Counted from the stretch's first letter, positions 47,442 through 57,729 are shown. The stretch: 64,000 nt of DNA from Candidatus Marinacidobacterium sp. (GCA_965204755.1 OZ242011.1:2752001-2816000); one strand, 5' to 3'. Notes: generated from the sequence alone by a model not told the origin. Numbers and translations: made by a program.

Positions 47442-49580
47442 CTAGCGTGTCGGTGTGTCAAGCAGAAGGCCGAGGAGGTGATCGGTCTTCCGACGCGTCT
47501 CGAGGAGGTCGGCGCGAATTTCCTCCGAGGAACGCATCGGTTCGGGCAGGAAGAAGTGGCGTGCAAAACTAATCTCATAGCCGACTTTTACGCTCTCTGG
47601 GTCGTACCACGCGCCAGAAGCCCATGGAAGGACTTCGCGGGTGAGGAAGCCCTCGATGCCACCCTCCTCGATGAGCGGGATCTGCTCGGTGTCGTGGAGG
47701 TCGGGGTCGGGCTCGTACTCGACCAGGGGTGCCAGTCGCCCCATCGTGCTCGCGAACCGCCCGTGGATCGGGTCGGCTGCCGACTTACCGGCGGGGCGGC
47801 GCTCCCGGATCACCGGTTCCGCTTCGGGGTCGCGTTCCGTGAGGGCGCGGAGCGACTTGCGCCGCTTGGCCGTCATGCGGAGACTGGCTTTCGCCGCTGC
47901 CGACTCGACGGCTTCGACGAACCGATTCCAGTCGAGGCAGCGGGTCTCGCCAATCTCCTCCGCCGCCCGGTCCACCGCGTGGGCCAACGGCTCGTCCCCG
48001 GCCTCGCGACAGGACGCCCGAAACCGCTCGCGGGCCTCCGGCGTGAGATCCACGGCCAACCGCAGCGGGCGCTCGACGGTTACCTTCCAGTAGCCGAAGG
48101 CCTCGTTCGGGAAGATCTTGGACTGTTCGGTCTCCTCGAACGCGTCGAAGGCGGCGCAGATGCGCTCGATGTCCTCCTCGCCGAGTTCGCAGGTCTTCTT
48201 CCCGAGGTTCTTGCGGAGCGGGCGGAACCACTCGACCGCGTTGATCAACTGCACCTTGCCTTTCCGCCGCTCCTCCTTCCGGTTCGTCAGCACCCAGACA
48301 TAGGTCGCGATCCCGGTGTTGTAGAACATGTTGAGCGGCAGGGCGACGATGGCTTCCAGCCAGTCGTTCTCGATGATCCAGCGGCGGATGTTGCTCTCGC
48401 CCTGGCCGGCGTCGCCGGTGAACAGCGAACTCCCGTTGTGGACTTCGGCGATGCGGCTGCCGAGGTCGGTGCTCGTCTTCATCTTGCTCACCAGGTTGGC
48501 GAGGAAGAGCATCTGCCCGTCGCTGACCCGCGTGACCATCGAGTATTCCGGGTCGCCGCCGTGGCTCACCCGGAATCTCTGGTCGGCGAGTTCGCGCTTG
48601 CCGCCCATGCGCTCGAGGTCGGTCTTCCAACTCTTGCCGTACGGCGGGTTCGACAGCATGAAGTCGAACTGCTTGTCGGGGAAGGCGTCGGCGGAGAGGG
48701 TGGAATGCCCCGGGCCGCCCCGGATGTTGTCCGCTTCCTCGCCCTGGCCCTTCAACAGCAAGTCGGCTTTGCAGATGGCGTAGGTTTCGGCGTTGATCTC
48801 CTGCCCGTAGAGGTGGGGAGCGACTTCCTTCCCGCGTTCGGCGGCGAGTTTTCGCAGCGTCTCTTCGGCCACGGTCAGCATCCCGCCGGTGCCGCAGGCG
48901 CCGTCGTAGAGCAGGTAGGTGCCGGACTCGATCCGGTCGGCCACCGGGCGGAAGATCAGGTTCGCCATCAACTGCACGGCGTCGCGGGGCGTCCAGTGTT
49001 CTCCCGCCTCTTCGTTGTTGTCCTCGTTGAACCGCCGCACCAACTCCTCGAAGACCGTTCCCATGCCGTGGTTGTCGAGGCCGGGATGCCGTTCGGAACC
49101 GTCGGCGTTCAGCACCGGTTCCGGGCTCAGGTTGATGTCCGGCGAAGTGAACTTCTCGATCAGCCCGCCCAGCGCGTCGGCCTCGGCGAGGACGGGGATC
49201 TGGTTGCGGAACTTGAAGTTGTCGATGATGTCCTGCACATTCGGGGAGAAGCCGTCGAGGTAGGCCTCGAAGTCGGCGCGGAGCGTTTGCGCCGTGCGCG
49301 ACGCCCGCAGGTCGCTCATGGTGAACGCCGAGGTGTTGTAGAACGGGCGTCCGGCGGCGGCGCGGAGCGGCGGATCCACTTCGCTGATATCCGCCGCTTC
49401 GAGTTGCTCCTTCAGGTCGAGGACCGCCTGCTTCGTGTCCCCCAGCACGGCGTCCAGCCGCCGGAGGACGGTCATCGGGAGGATGACGGTGCGGTACTCC
49501 CCCCGGCGGAAGACATCCCGGAGCACATCGTCGGCGACCCGCCAGAGGAAGCCGGCGATCCAAGTCAGTCGGTCCTGCAC
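47442..49580 (-). CDS. hsdM: Type I R-M DNA methyltransferase subunit
   Basis: VILPMTVLRRLD, GEHWTPRD, YDGACGTGGML, NPPY (m6A). Confidence 0.95.
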   Translation of the reverse strand: MQDRLTWIAGFLWRVADDVLRDVFRRGEYRTVILPMTVLRRLDAVLGDTKQAVLDLKEQLEAADISEVDPPLRAAAGRPFYNTSAFTMSDLRASRTAQTLRADFEAYLDGFSPNVQDIIDNFKFRNQIPVLAEADALGGLIEKFTSPDINLSPEPVLNADGSERHPGLDNHGMGTVFEELVRRFNEDNNEEAGEHWTPRDAVQLMANLIFRPVADRIESGTYLLYDGACGTGGMLTVAEETLRKLAAERGKEVAPHLYGQEINAETYAICKADLLLKGQGEEADNIRGGPGHSTLSADAFPDKQFDFMLSNPPYGKSWKTDLERMGGKRELADQRFRVSHGGDPEYSMVTRVSDGQMLFLANLVSKMKTSTDLGSRIAEVHNGSSLFTGDAGQGESNIRRWIIENDWLEAIVALPLNMFYNTGIATYVWVLTNRKEERRKGKVQLINAVEWFRPLRKNLGKKTCELGEEDIERICAAFDAFEETEQSKIFPNEAFGYWKVTVERPLRLAVDLTPEARERFRASCREAGDEPLAHAVDRAAEEIGETRCLDWNRFVEAVESAAAKASLRMTAKRRKSLRALTERDPEAEPVIRERRPAGKSAADPIHGRFASTMGRLAPLVEYEPDPDLHDTEQIPLIEEGGIEGFLTREVLPWASGAWYDPESVKVGYEISFARHFFLPEPMRSSEEIRADLLETRRKTDHLLGLLLDTPTR

Positions 49581-49758
49581 GGGCGCCTATTCTCCCACCG
49601 GAGCGGCCCGGCCCGGAACCCCGCGCCGGGTTCGCCGGGCCGGCGCCGGAGGCCGGGCGGGGGACTCCCGGCGCGATCCGCGCCGCCGGGCGCCCGGCCG
49701 CCGGGGGGCGGCTCTACGATTCCCGGCGTTCGCGCCGCCGCGCGCGGGAAGGGTCGCC

Positions 49759-50295
49759 ATGAATCCAGAAGCGCCGGATCTCCGGTATCCCATCGGGCGG
49801 TTCTCGCGGCCCGACGCCGTCACGCCGGACCAGGTCGCCGCCTGGACGGACGACCTCGAAGCGCTGCCCGGCGACCTCCGCCGGACTGTCTCGGCGCTGA
49901 CCGACGCGCAACTCGACACCCCGTATCGCCCCGGCGGCTGGACGGCGCGGCAGGTCGTCCACCACCTGGCCGACAGCCACATGCACAGTTTCCTCCGCTT
50001 CAAGCGGGCGCTGACCGAGGATCGCCCGGCGATCCACGCCTACGACCCCGGCGGCTGGGCGATGCTGCCGGACAGTCGGCAGGCGGTCGCCGATCCGCTC
50101 GACCTGCTCGCCGCGCTGCACCGCCGCTGGGTGGGCCTGCTGCGCAGCCTGGGTTGGGAACAACTGCAGCGCGAGTACGTGCATGTCCGATCGGGCCCGG
50201 CGACGCTGGCGGTTACCGCGGGCCTCTACGCCTGGCACGGCCGGCACCATCTCGCCCACATCGAGCGGCTGATGGAACGCGAAGGCTGGCGCTGA
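49759..50295 (+). CDS. YfiT/BstA-like DinB-superfamily thiol transferase
   Basis: LRYPIG, LDTPYRPGGWT..QVVHHLADSH, YAWHGRHHLAHI. Confidence 0.88.
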   Translation: MNPEAPDLRYPIGRFSRPDAVTPDQVAAWTDDLEALPGDLRRTVSALTDAQLDTPYRPGGWTARQVVHHLADSHMHSFLRFKRALTEDRPAIHAYDPGGWAMLPDSRQAVADPLDLLAALHRRWVGLLRSLGWEQLQREYVHVRSGPATLAVTAGLYAWHGRHHLAHIERLMEREGWR

Positions 50296-50439
50296 GGCCG
50301 CGCCGGGCGGCCGTCGCCGAGTCGCACACTTCCCCCGGGGGGATCCGCGATCGCCGGGGAGGGCGCATGGCCCGGAATGGGTGCGCTGCCGCTGTCGCCC
50401 AAGGGCGACCGTGACGGAGGCCGGCGGAACGCCGGGCCG

Positions 50440-50856
50440 CTACAGGTGCCGAGAGAGCAGAATCAGTAGGGCGAACAGTCCGGCCGCCACGATCGGGCCG
50501 GCGATCATCCACCTCCGAATGCGCGCCTCCATTGCTGCGTTCTCGGCGTCAGAGACGAGTTGCATCGCCTCGATTCCCGCTCGGATGCCCGCGATTTCCG
50601 CCTCGGAGACGAGGCGTCGCGCCTCCTTTTCCGCCTCGTGAGTGGCGAGGCCTCCGGTCTCGGTCCCGGCTCGGATGTCTTCGATCCTCGCCTGCGTAAC
50701 GAGGCGCAGTGCCTCGATTCGTGCGTGGGCGACTTCGAATTCCGCTTGGGTTACGAGGCGGCAAGCCTCGATCTTCGCCTGGGTGACGAGGCGCCCCCCG
50801 ATTTCGGGCAGGAAACCTTGGATGGGGGCCAACAGCGCCGAGTTCGGATCGAGCAT
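50440..50856 (-). CDS. Coiled-coil protein with internal repeats and C-terminal TM (DUF1640/CCDC90-like)
   Basis: Repeated RLVTQA/RLVSEA units, ends RWMIAG..TM. Confidence 0.55.
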   Translation of the reverse strand: MLDPNSALLAPIQGFLPEIGGRLVTQAKIEACRLVTQAEFEVAHARIEALRLVTQARIEDIRAGTETGGLATHEAEKEARRLVSEAEIAGIRAGIEAMQLVSDAENAAMEARIRRWMIAGPIVAAGLFALLILLSRHL

Positions 50857-51023
50857 GGAACCATCGTAGCGGGAACTCCCATCCTCCGCCCGGCCGGGGA
50901 AGCGCGGCGCGCGCCTCACCTCCACAGTCGGCCCCGGAGCGCTGTCAGGTCCCGCGTCGCCCGCGGGCCGGGACAGTCGGCGGTCGCTGTCGGGAGGCGG
51001 GCTCGGCGGAATTGCCGCGGGAA

Positions 51024-51254
51024 TCAGCGGAGCGCGACGATCAGTCCGGCCAACCCCAACATCGCGCCGAACACGGCGCCGAACATCCACTTGACCAGAC
51101 TCCACCTGACCTTCTCGAGGTCCGCCTTGGTCGCCGCGTTCCCGTGGAGCAGGGCGGCCCGCTCCTCGGCGAGCGCTTCGGCCTGTTCGGAGAAGCCGTT
51201 CTGCGTCAGATTCTTCACGAACCGGTGGGTGTCGAACGGGATGGCGACGGTCAT
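51024..51254 (-). CDS. Short DUF1640/CCDC90-like protein
   Basis: FDTHRFVKNL..NGFSE.AEAL...ATKADL...LVKWM-TM. Confidence 0.72.
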   Translation of the reverse strand: MTVAIPFDTHRFVKNLTQNGFSEQAEALAEERAALLHGNAATKADLEKVRWSLVKWMFGAVFGAMLGLAGLIVALR

Positions 51255-51599
51255 GGGACGGGAACTTAGCGAAGGGCCGGATCGCCGATCGAGCCGGCGA
51301 CGCGCCCAACCACCACCCGGGCCCGCCGCCGCGCTTGCCGGAGCCCGACCGGCCGCCGCCCGACCACCCTCCACCCCCCTGATGCCGCGCTAGCATCCGC
51401 GCTCCTCGCGGGCGGTCGCCCGCGCGTCCCGCAGTTGAGTTGGCGGGGCGTTTCCGCTGTCGCTCTTTCCCGGCCCCGGCGGGCGCCGTTCCCGCCGCGA
51501 TTCCCCGCCCGACGAACCCCCTGATGAACCCACGATGACCCGCCCGATGACGCCGACGCCGCCATGAGGCCGCCCTGACCGCCCCGTGAAGACCGCCCC

Positions 51600-52352
51600 G
51601 TGAAAAAGGTCCGGCCGCTCCCCCGACCCCTCCCCCGGCCGCGACGCCGCCTGATCCCGCGCCCGGCCCCGTTCCCCGCCTGGGCGCCCGGCGTCCCCCG
51701 CCGCCGGCGCCCGGTCCCGGGCGAAGACCCCGGCGCGCGCCTCCTCGACAGCGGCGCCCGCGGCCTCACCAACGAGGAACTGCTCGGCCTCGTCCTCGGC
51801 GAGGGCGGGGACCTCCCGCGCCGGGTGCTGGAACGCTCCGGCGGCGTCGCCCGGCTCTGCCAGACGCCGCCGGGGCAGGCGGCGCAGTGGCCCGGCCTCT
51901 CCCGCTCCCGCCTCGTCCGGATGTTCGCGGCGCTCGAACTCGGCCGGCGCGGCGCCTACCCCTGCGACGGCCGGATGCCCTGCTTCCGCACTCCGGAGGA
52001 AGTCGCGCGGTATGTCCTCGCCCGCTTCGGCAACAAGGAGGTCGAGGAGTTCGGCGTCCTCCTCCTCGACACCCGCGGCTGCCTGCGCCGCGCGGAGATC
52101 GTCTCCCGCGGGTCGCTCACCGGGGCGATCGTCCACCCCCGCGACCTCTTCCGGCTGGCCGTCTCCTACCAGGCGGCCTCGGTCGTCCTGTTCCACAACC
52201 ATCCGTCCGGCAACCCGCTGCCCTCCGACGCCGACCGCCACCTCACCCGGCGGCTCCAGGAGGCCGGCAAGACGGTGGGCATCCCCATCCTCGACCATGT
52301 GGTCGTCGGCGCCGGCCGCTGGTACTCGTTCGCCGAAGCCGGCGACCTCTGA
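51600..52352 (+). CDS. radC: RadC family JAB-domain protein
   Basis: L...GARGLTNEELL, HPRDLF, HNHPSG.P.PS.AD, LDHVVV; start uncertain. Confidence 0.88.
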   Translation: MKKVRPLPRPLPRPRRRLIPRPAPFPAWAPGVPRRRRPVPGEDPGARLLDSGARGLTNEELLGLVLGEGGDLPRRVLERSGGVARLCQTPPGQAAQWPGLSRSRLVRMFAALELGRRGAYPCDGRMPCFRTPEEVARYVLARFGNKEVEEFGVLLLDTRGCLRRAEIVSRGSLTGAIVHPRDLFRLAVSYQAASVVLFHNHPSGNPLPSDADRHLTRRLQEAGKTVGIPILDHVVVGAGRWYSFAEAGDL

Positions 52353-52388
52353 CGCCGGGCGACCACGCCCGAGGCGCCGAGGGGGGTA

Positions 52389-52865
52389 TCAGTCCCCGGA
52401 AGCGGACTTCCCGCAGTCGCGGCAGACGCCGTACAACTGGTGGCGATGCGACACGAGCCGGTAGCCGTATTCCTCCGCCACCTCGTCCTGCCGGCGCTCG
52501 ATCTCCGGGGACAGGAACTCGTCTATCCGCCCGCATTCGAGGCAGATCAGGTGGTCGTGGTGCTCCCGCGACAGTTCCGGCTCGAACCGGGTCAGCCCGT
52601 CCTTCAGGTCGATCGAGGACGCGATCCCGGCTTCGCAGAACAGGCGCAGCGCCCGATAGACCGTCGTGCGCCCCACGCCGGGGTGGGCGGCGCGCACTTC
52701 CGCGTGGAGGTCGTCGGCGGAGACATGCCCGCCCATTCCCAGGAACCGCTCGAGGATGAGTTCGCGCTGCCGGGACTTCTTGAGCCCGTTCTCCTGAGAG
52801 AACGACCGCAGCCGCTCGAACGCTTCCTCGCGGGTCGGCTGCGGGGACGGGACGGGTTCGGGCAT
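52389..52865 (-). CDS. fur: Fur family transcriptional regulator
   Basis: SRQRELIL, TTVYRAL, HHDHLICLECG, GVCRDC. Confidence 0.88.
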   Translation of the reverse strand: MPEPVPSPQPTREEAFERLRSFSQENGLKKSRQRELILERFLGMGGHVSADDLHAEVRAAHPGVGRTTVYRALRLFCEAGIASSIDLKDGLTRFEPELSREHHDHLICLECGRIDEFLSPEIERRQDEVAEEYGYRLVSHRHQLYGVCRDCGKSASGD

Positions 52866-52982
52866 CGGCGGCGGCGCCCCGACCGCCGCCCGAACGGGCC
52901 GCGCCGGAACGCTCTTCGGAATATACCCAACCCCGTCCGCGCCGCCGGAAACCCCGCGCCCGGCCCCTAGAATCCGCCGCCC

Positions 52983-54158
52983 TTGCGCATCCTGTTCGTG
53001 GACGGCTCCGCCGGCCTGTCCGGCGACATGTTCCTCGGCGCGCTGCTCGACCTCGGCTACCCCGAGGAGCGCCTCCGCGAAGTCGTCGCCTCCTTCCGGG
53101 CGCCGGTCACCGTCTCGGTCAGCGAAGCCTCCCGCGGCGGCTTCCGCGGCAAGTCGCTCACCGTAACCGCCCCGAACGACCGCGGCCACCGCCATCTCGC
53201 CGAGTTCCTCGGCGTCCTCGAAGGCAGCGCCCTCGACGAACCCGCCCGCAAACGCGCCGCCCTCCTCCTCCGCCGGATCTTCGAGGCCGAAGGCCGGATC
53301 CACGGCCGGCCGCCGGAGTCCGTCCACCTCCACGAACTCGGCTCGCTGGACACGCTGGTGGACCTCGCCGGCGCCGCCGACGGCGTGGGGCATCTCGCCC
53401 CCGACCGCATCGTCTTCGGGCGGGTGAACCTGGGCAGCGGCTCCGTCACCGCCGAACACGGCGTCCTGGAAGTCCCGGCCCCGGCGACCGCGCTGCTGCT
53501 GCGCGGCGTCCCCACCTTCTCCGACGGCAGCGGCTTCGAGCGGACGACGCCCACCGGCGCGGCGCTGACCGCCCTCGCCGACGACTGCGGCGGCTGGCCG
53601 CGCTTCACGCCGACCCGCGTCGGCTACGGCCTCGGGACCGCCGACCCGAAGGAGGGCCGCCCGAACGCCCTGCGGATGGTGCTCGGCGACGCCGAAGACG
53701 CCGCGACCCGCCCGGGCGAGCCGCTGCTGGTCGTCGAGGCCACGGTGGACGACCTCTCTCCGGAACTCGCCCCGCACCTGCTGGAACGCCTGCTCGCCGC
53801 CGGGGCGCGCGACGCCTTCCTCACGCCGGTGGTCATGAAGAAAGGACGCCCCGGAGTCACGGTGACCGCCCTCGCCGCGCCCGACCGGCGCCGGGCGGTC
53901 GTCGAAACCCTGTTCGCCGAGAGCACCACCCTCGGCGTCCGCACCACCGAGGCCGCCCGTGAAACCCTCGAGCGCCGCGCCGTCCCGGTCGAGACCCCCT
54001 GGGGGCCGGTAACCGTGAAACTGGGGCTCGCCGCCGACGGGAGCATCGTGAACCGCGCCCCGGAGTTCGAGGACTGCCGGGAGTTGGCCGAGTCCGGCGG
54101 CGTCCCGCTCAAGGAGATCTACCGCGCCGCGCTCGCCGCCCCCCTCCCGGACGCCTGA
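52983..54158 (+). CDS. larC: Nickel pincer cofactor biosynthesis protein LarC
   Basis: GLSGDMFLGAL, HLHELG.LD, HG.LEVPAPAT, TPTGAA, MKKGRPG, PEFEDC. Confidence 0.92.
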   Translation: MRILFVDGSAGLSGDMFLGALLDLGYPEERLREVVASFRAPVTVSVSEASRGGFRGKSLTVTAPNDRGHRHLAEFLGVLEGSALDEPARKRAALLLRRIFEAEGRIHGRPPESVHLHELGSLDTLVDLAGAADGVGHLAPDRIVFGRVNLGSGSVTAEHGVLEVPAPATALLLRGVPTFSDGSGFERTTPTGAALTALADDCGGWPRFTPTRVGYGLGTADPKEGRPNALRMVLGDAEDAATRPGEPLLVVEATVDDLSPELAPHLLERLLAAGARDAFLTPVVMKKGRPGVTVTALAAPDRRRAVVETLFAESTTLGVRTTEAARETLERRAVPVETPWGPVTVKLGLAADGSIVNRAPEFEDCRELAESGGVPLKEIYRAALAAPLPDA

Positions 54159-54204
54159 CGCCGGGACGCCTGACGCCCCCCCGCCCGCCCCGGCCCGCGC
54201 CGAA

Positions 54205-55059
54205 ATGACCGACTCGCACGCCCACCTCGACCAGCCGGCGTTCGACTCCGACCGGGACGCCGCGCTGCGCCGCGCCAAGGCCGCCGGCGTCCACACCGTC
54301 GTCTCCATCGGGATGCTCGACCCGGAAGGGTCCTGGCGCGGGACTTTCGCCCTCGCCGACCGCCTCCACCCCACCCCGGCAGACCACGCCGACCCGGCCC
54401 TCCCGCAGGTGTTCACCACCATCGGCTGCCACCCCCACGAGGCCTCCGGGTTCGACCGGTTCGGCGGGGAAGACCGCCTCGCGGAACTCGCCCGCCGGCC
54501 CCGCCTGGTCGCCATCGGCGAGATCGGGCTCGACTACCACTACGACCACAGCCCCCGCGAAGTCCAGCGCGAGGTGTTCCGCCGCCAGATCCAGGTCGCC
54601 CGCGCCCTCGGCCTCCCGGTCTCCGTCCACCACCGGGACGCCGAGTCCGACTTCCTCGAAATCGCCGACGCCGAAGGCCTCGACCGCTGCGGCGCCGTCC
54701 TCCACTGCTTCACCGCGTCCGAGGCCCTGGCCCGCGCCGCCCTCGAACGCGGCCTCTACCTCTCGTTCTCCGGCATCCTGACCTTCAAGAACGCCGAAGA
54801 CCTGCGGCAGACCGCCCGCCTCGTCCCGCGCGACCGCCTGCTGGTGGAGACCGACTCCCCCTATCTCGCCCCGGTCCCCCACCGGGGCAAGCGCTGCGAG
54901 CCGGCGATGGTGGTCGAGACCGCCCGGCGCCTCGCGGAGGTCCGCGGCGAGCCCCTCGCCGAACTCGAAGCCGCCACCGACGCCAACTTCCGCCGCCTCT
55001 TCCTCGACCGCCCGCCGGGCGCCGCCCCGGACGACCGCCCGGCCTCCCCGCCCGCCTGA
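54205..55059 (+). CDS. tatD: TatD family hydrolase
   Basis: DSHAHL, GCHPH, IGEIGLDY, HCF, VETDSPYLAP. Confidence 0.9.
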   Translation: MTDSHAHLDQPAFDSDRDAALRRAKAAGVHTVVSIGMLDPEGSWRGTFALADRLHPTPADHADPALPQVFTTIGCHPHEASGFDRFGGEDRLAELARRPRLVAIGEIGLDYHYDHSPREVQREVFRRQIQVARALGLPVSVHHRDAESDFLEIADAEGLDRCGAVLHCFTASEALARAALERGLYLSFSGILTFKNAEDLRQTARLVPRDRLLVETDSPYLAPVPHRGKRCEPAMVVETARRLAEVRGEPLAELEAATDANFRRLFLDRPPGAAPDDRPASPPA

Positions 55060-55129
55060 GCCCCGCCTCCCCCTGCGGGCCGTCCCCCGGCCCGGCCCCC
55101 GCCCGGTGCGATAATGGCGCCGGTTCCCA

Positions 55130-56164
55130 GTGATGCCGTCCGTTTCGAGCGCGGGGGTCCGGCTCGCCGAAATCGAAACGGAACTGGCCCCCGACCTCCG
55201 CGCGGTCGAAGACCTGCTGGCCCGGCAGGCCGACAGCCGGCTGGAACTCATCGAGCAGGCGAGCCAGTACCTCTACCGGAGCGGCGGAAAACGCATCCGC
55301 CCGATGATGCTGCTGCTCGCGGCGCGCGCCGCCGGCGACGCGTCGGGGGCGACGGGGGCGTCGGAGTCGCCGGGGCAGCCGGGGCAGGCCCCCTCCTACG
55401 GCGCCGTGGTGGAGATGATCCACACCGCCACGCTGGTCCACGACGACATCGTGGACGCCGCGGACACCCGGCGCGGGCGCGAGTCGCTGAACAACATGCT
55501 GGGGAACGACCTCACCGTGTTGATCGGCGACTACCTCTACATCCGCTCCATGTCGCTGGCGGTGGAGATGGGGAACCAGCGGATCGTGAGCCTGATCTGC
55601 GACCTGACCCTGCGGATGATCGAGGGGATGCTGCTGGAGATGGCGCGCGGCGGCGTCCTCGGCCTCACCCGGGAAGAGCACCTGAACATCCTCCGGCTGA
55701 AGACCGCCTGCCTCTTCCAGGGCTGCGGCCGCATCGGCGCGGCGGTGGCGGAGGCGCCCCCGGAAGTCGAGGAGGCGCTCGGGACCTACGGCCTGAACCT
55801 GGGAATGGCGTTCCAGGTCGCCGACGACCTGTTCGACTTCACCCGGAGCGCCGACGAAGTGGGCAAGCCGGTGCTCACCGACCTGAAGGAAGGCCACCTC
55901 ACCCTCCCGATCCTCTACGCGCTGGAACGCGAACCGGGGGCGGCGCCGCTGGTGGAGGGAGTGCTGGACAGCGGCCGGCTGGACGCCGAAACCCGCGCCG
56001 GGATCCTGTCGCTGGTGGAGCGGCGCGGCGGGCTGGACGAAGGACGACGGGTCGCGGCGGGTTACGCCGCCGCCGCCCGGGAAGCGCTCGCGCCCGTTCC
56101 GTCTTCCCGCTGGAAGGACGCGCTGGAAGCGCTGACCTGGTTCGTCATCTCGCGCGGCCGTTGA
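55130..56164 (+). CDS. Polyprenyl diphosphate synthase (IspB/HepT-like)
   Basis: GGKRIRP, LVHDDIVD...RRG, KTA, FQVADD. Confidence 0.92.
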   Translation: MMPSVSSAGVRLAEIETELAPDLRAVEDLLARQADSRLELIEQASQYLYRSGGKRIRPMMLLLAARAAGDASGATGASESPGQPGQAPSYGAVVEMIHTATLVHDDIVDAADTRRGRESLNNMLGNDLTVLIGDYLYIRSMSLAVEMGNQRIVSLICDLTLRMIEGMLLEMARGGVLGLTREEHLNILRLKTACLFQGCGRIGAAVAEAPPEVEEALGTYGLNLGMAFQVADDLFDFTRSADEVGKPVLTDLKEGHLTLPILYALEREPGAAPLVEGVLDSGRLDAETRAGILSLVERRGGLDEGRRVAAGYAAAAREALAPVPSSRWKDALEALTWFVISRGR

Positions 56165-56213
56165 GGCCGCTCCGGCCTGGCGCCGCGCCGCGGGGACGGC
56201 CGAGGCGACCGAC

Positions 56214-57458
56214 ATGACCGGCGCCGACTGGAACGACGCGGACATCGCCGTCCTGATCGTGGACGACGAGGCGGTCATCCGCCGCTCGCTCCGCCGCCGG
56301 CTGCGCTACGAGGGCTGGCGGGTCAGCGAAGCGGCTTCGGGGCCGGAGGCGCTGGCGGCGCTGGAGAAGGAACCGGCGGACCTGGTGATCCTGGACATCA
56401 AGATGCCGGGGATGGACGGGATGGAGGTGCTGCAGAAGATCCGCGCCGAGTCGCCCGGCGTCGCGGTGGTCATGCACACCGGGCACGGGGACATCGAGAC
56501 CGCGGTGAAGGCGATCCAGGCCGGCGCGGCGCACTTCCTGGAGAAGGGCGGGGGCAGCGACATCGGGGCGTGCCTGCGGATGGCCATCGAGAAGACGGCG
56601 ACCCTGGAGCGCAAGCGGTTGGAGGACGAGAACCGGCGGCTCGCCGCCGAAGTGGAGGAGCACCGGGAGCGTTCGGGGGGGTATCGGTTGATCGGGGATT
56701 CGCCGGCGATGGCGGCCGTCCGCGAGCGGATCGAGCGCGTCGCGGCGAGCGAAGTGCGGGTGTTGATCACCGGGGAGTCGGGGACGGGGAAGGAAGTGGC
56801 CGCCCGGCTGCTCCACGAGGGCAGCCCGCGCGCCGGGAAGCCGTTCGTGGAACTCAACTGCGCGGCGATTCCCGAGGAACTCATCGAGAGCGAACTGTTC
56901 GGGGCGGAGCGGGGGTCGTACACCGGCGCGCACCGGAAGATGGTGGGCAAGTTCGAGCAGGCGCACCGGGGGACGCTGTTCCTCGACGAAGTGGGTGACA
57001 TGAGCCCCAGGACGCAGGCGAAGGTGCTCCGGGCGCTGGAGGAGAGCCGCGTCACCCGCGTCGGCGGCGCCGAGGCGGTGGAGGTGGATGTGCGGGTGTT
57101 GTCCGCGACGAACCAGGACCTGCGGGGGGAGGGGTTTCGCAGCGACCTGCTGCACCGGTTGGAGGTGATCCCGCTGGCGATGCCGCCGCTGCGGGATCGT
57201 CCGGAGGATTTGCCGCTGCTGGTGGCGCACTTCCTGGAGTCGCTGTCACGCCAGGCGGGGCATCGTCCGCGCCCGTTCACGGAGGGTGCGTTGGCCGCTT
57301 TGGCGGCGCATCCGTTCCCGGGCAATGTCCGCGAGTTGCGGAACCTGGTGGAGCGGTTGTTGATCCTGAGCCCGGGCGACGAGATCACGGAGACCGATGT
57401 CCGCGACAACCTTGGCGCGGGCAGGCAGGGGGCGTCCGGGGCGGCGGGGAGCGGATAG
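56214..57458 (+). CDS. Sigma-54-type response regulator (REC-AAA+, NtrX-like), no evident C-terminal HTH
   Basis: IVDDE, LDIKMP, GESGTGKE, GSYTGA, FLDEVG, FPGNVRELRN. Confidence 0.85.
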   Translation: MTGADWNDADIAVLIVDDEAVIRRSLRRRLRYEGWRVSEAASGPEALAALEKEPADLVILDIKMPGMDGMEVLQKIRAESPGVAVVMHTGHGDIETAVKAIQAGAAHFLEKGGGSDIGACLRMAIEKTATLERKRLEDENRRLAAEVEEHRERSGGYRLIGDSPAMAAVRERIERVAASEVRVLITGESGTGKEVAARLLHEGSPRAGKPFVELNCAAIPEELIESELFGAERGSYTGAHRKMVGKFEQAHRGTLFLDEVGDMSPRTQAKVLRALEESRVTRVGGAEAVEVDVRVLSATNQDLRGEGFRSDLLHRLEVIPLAMPPLRDRPEDLPLLVAHFLESLSRQAGHRPRPFTEGALAALAAHPFPGNVRELRNLVERLLILSPGDEITETDVRDNLGAGRQGASGAAGSG

Positions 57459-57729
57459 AACACTCGTTCGGTGCCCGCCGCGAACTCCTGGCGCACCGCA
57501 CGGCGGTCCGGCCCGGCGTCGGCGAGCGCGCAGTCGGGAACAGTGGTGGCCGGATGCGCTCGCGCTCACTCGCCGGGGCGGGGCGCCACCGTCGTGGCGC
57601 GATGGCCGGGTGACGGTCCGCGAGTCCGGCAGAGGGGACGGAGGCTGCGGTCTGTGAACTTTTTTTCGGTACTACCCCTTGAAAAGTCCCGAAACCGTGA
57701 CAAATACAGGAGTGCGCGAGGTAGCACGC

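Noticed and set aside
51600-52352. radC as a marker of a mobile element
   Set aside because: Full-length chromosomal-type RadC among housekeeping genes (fur, larC, tatD)
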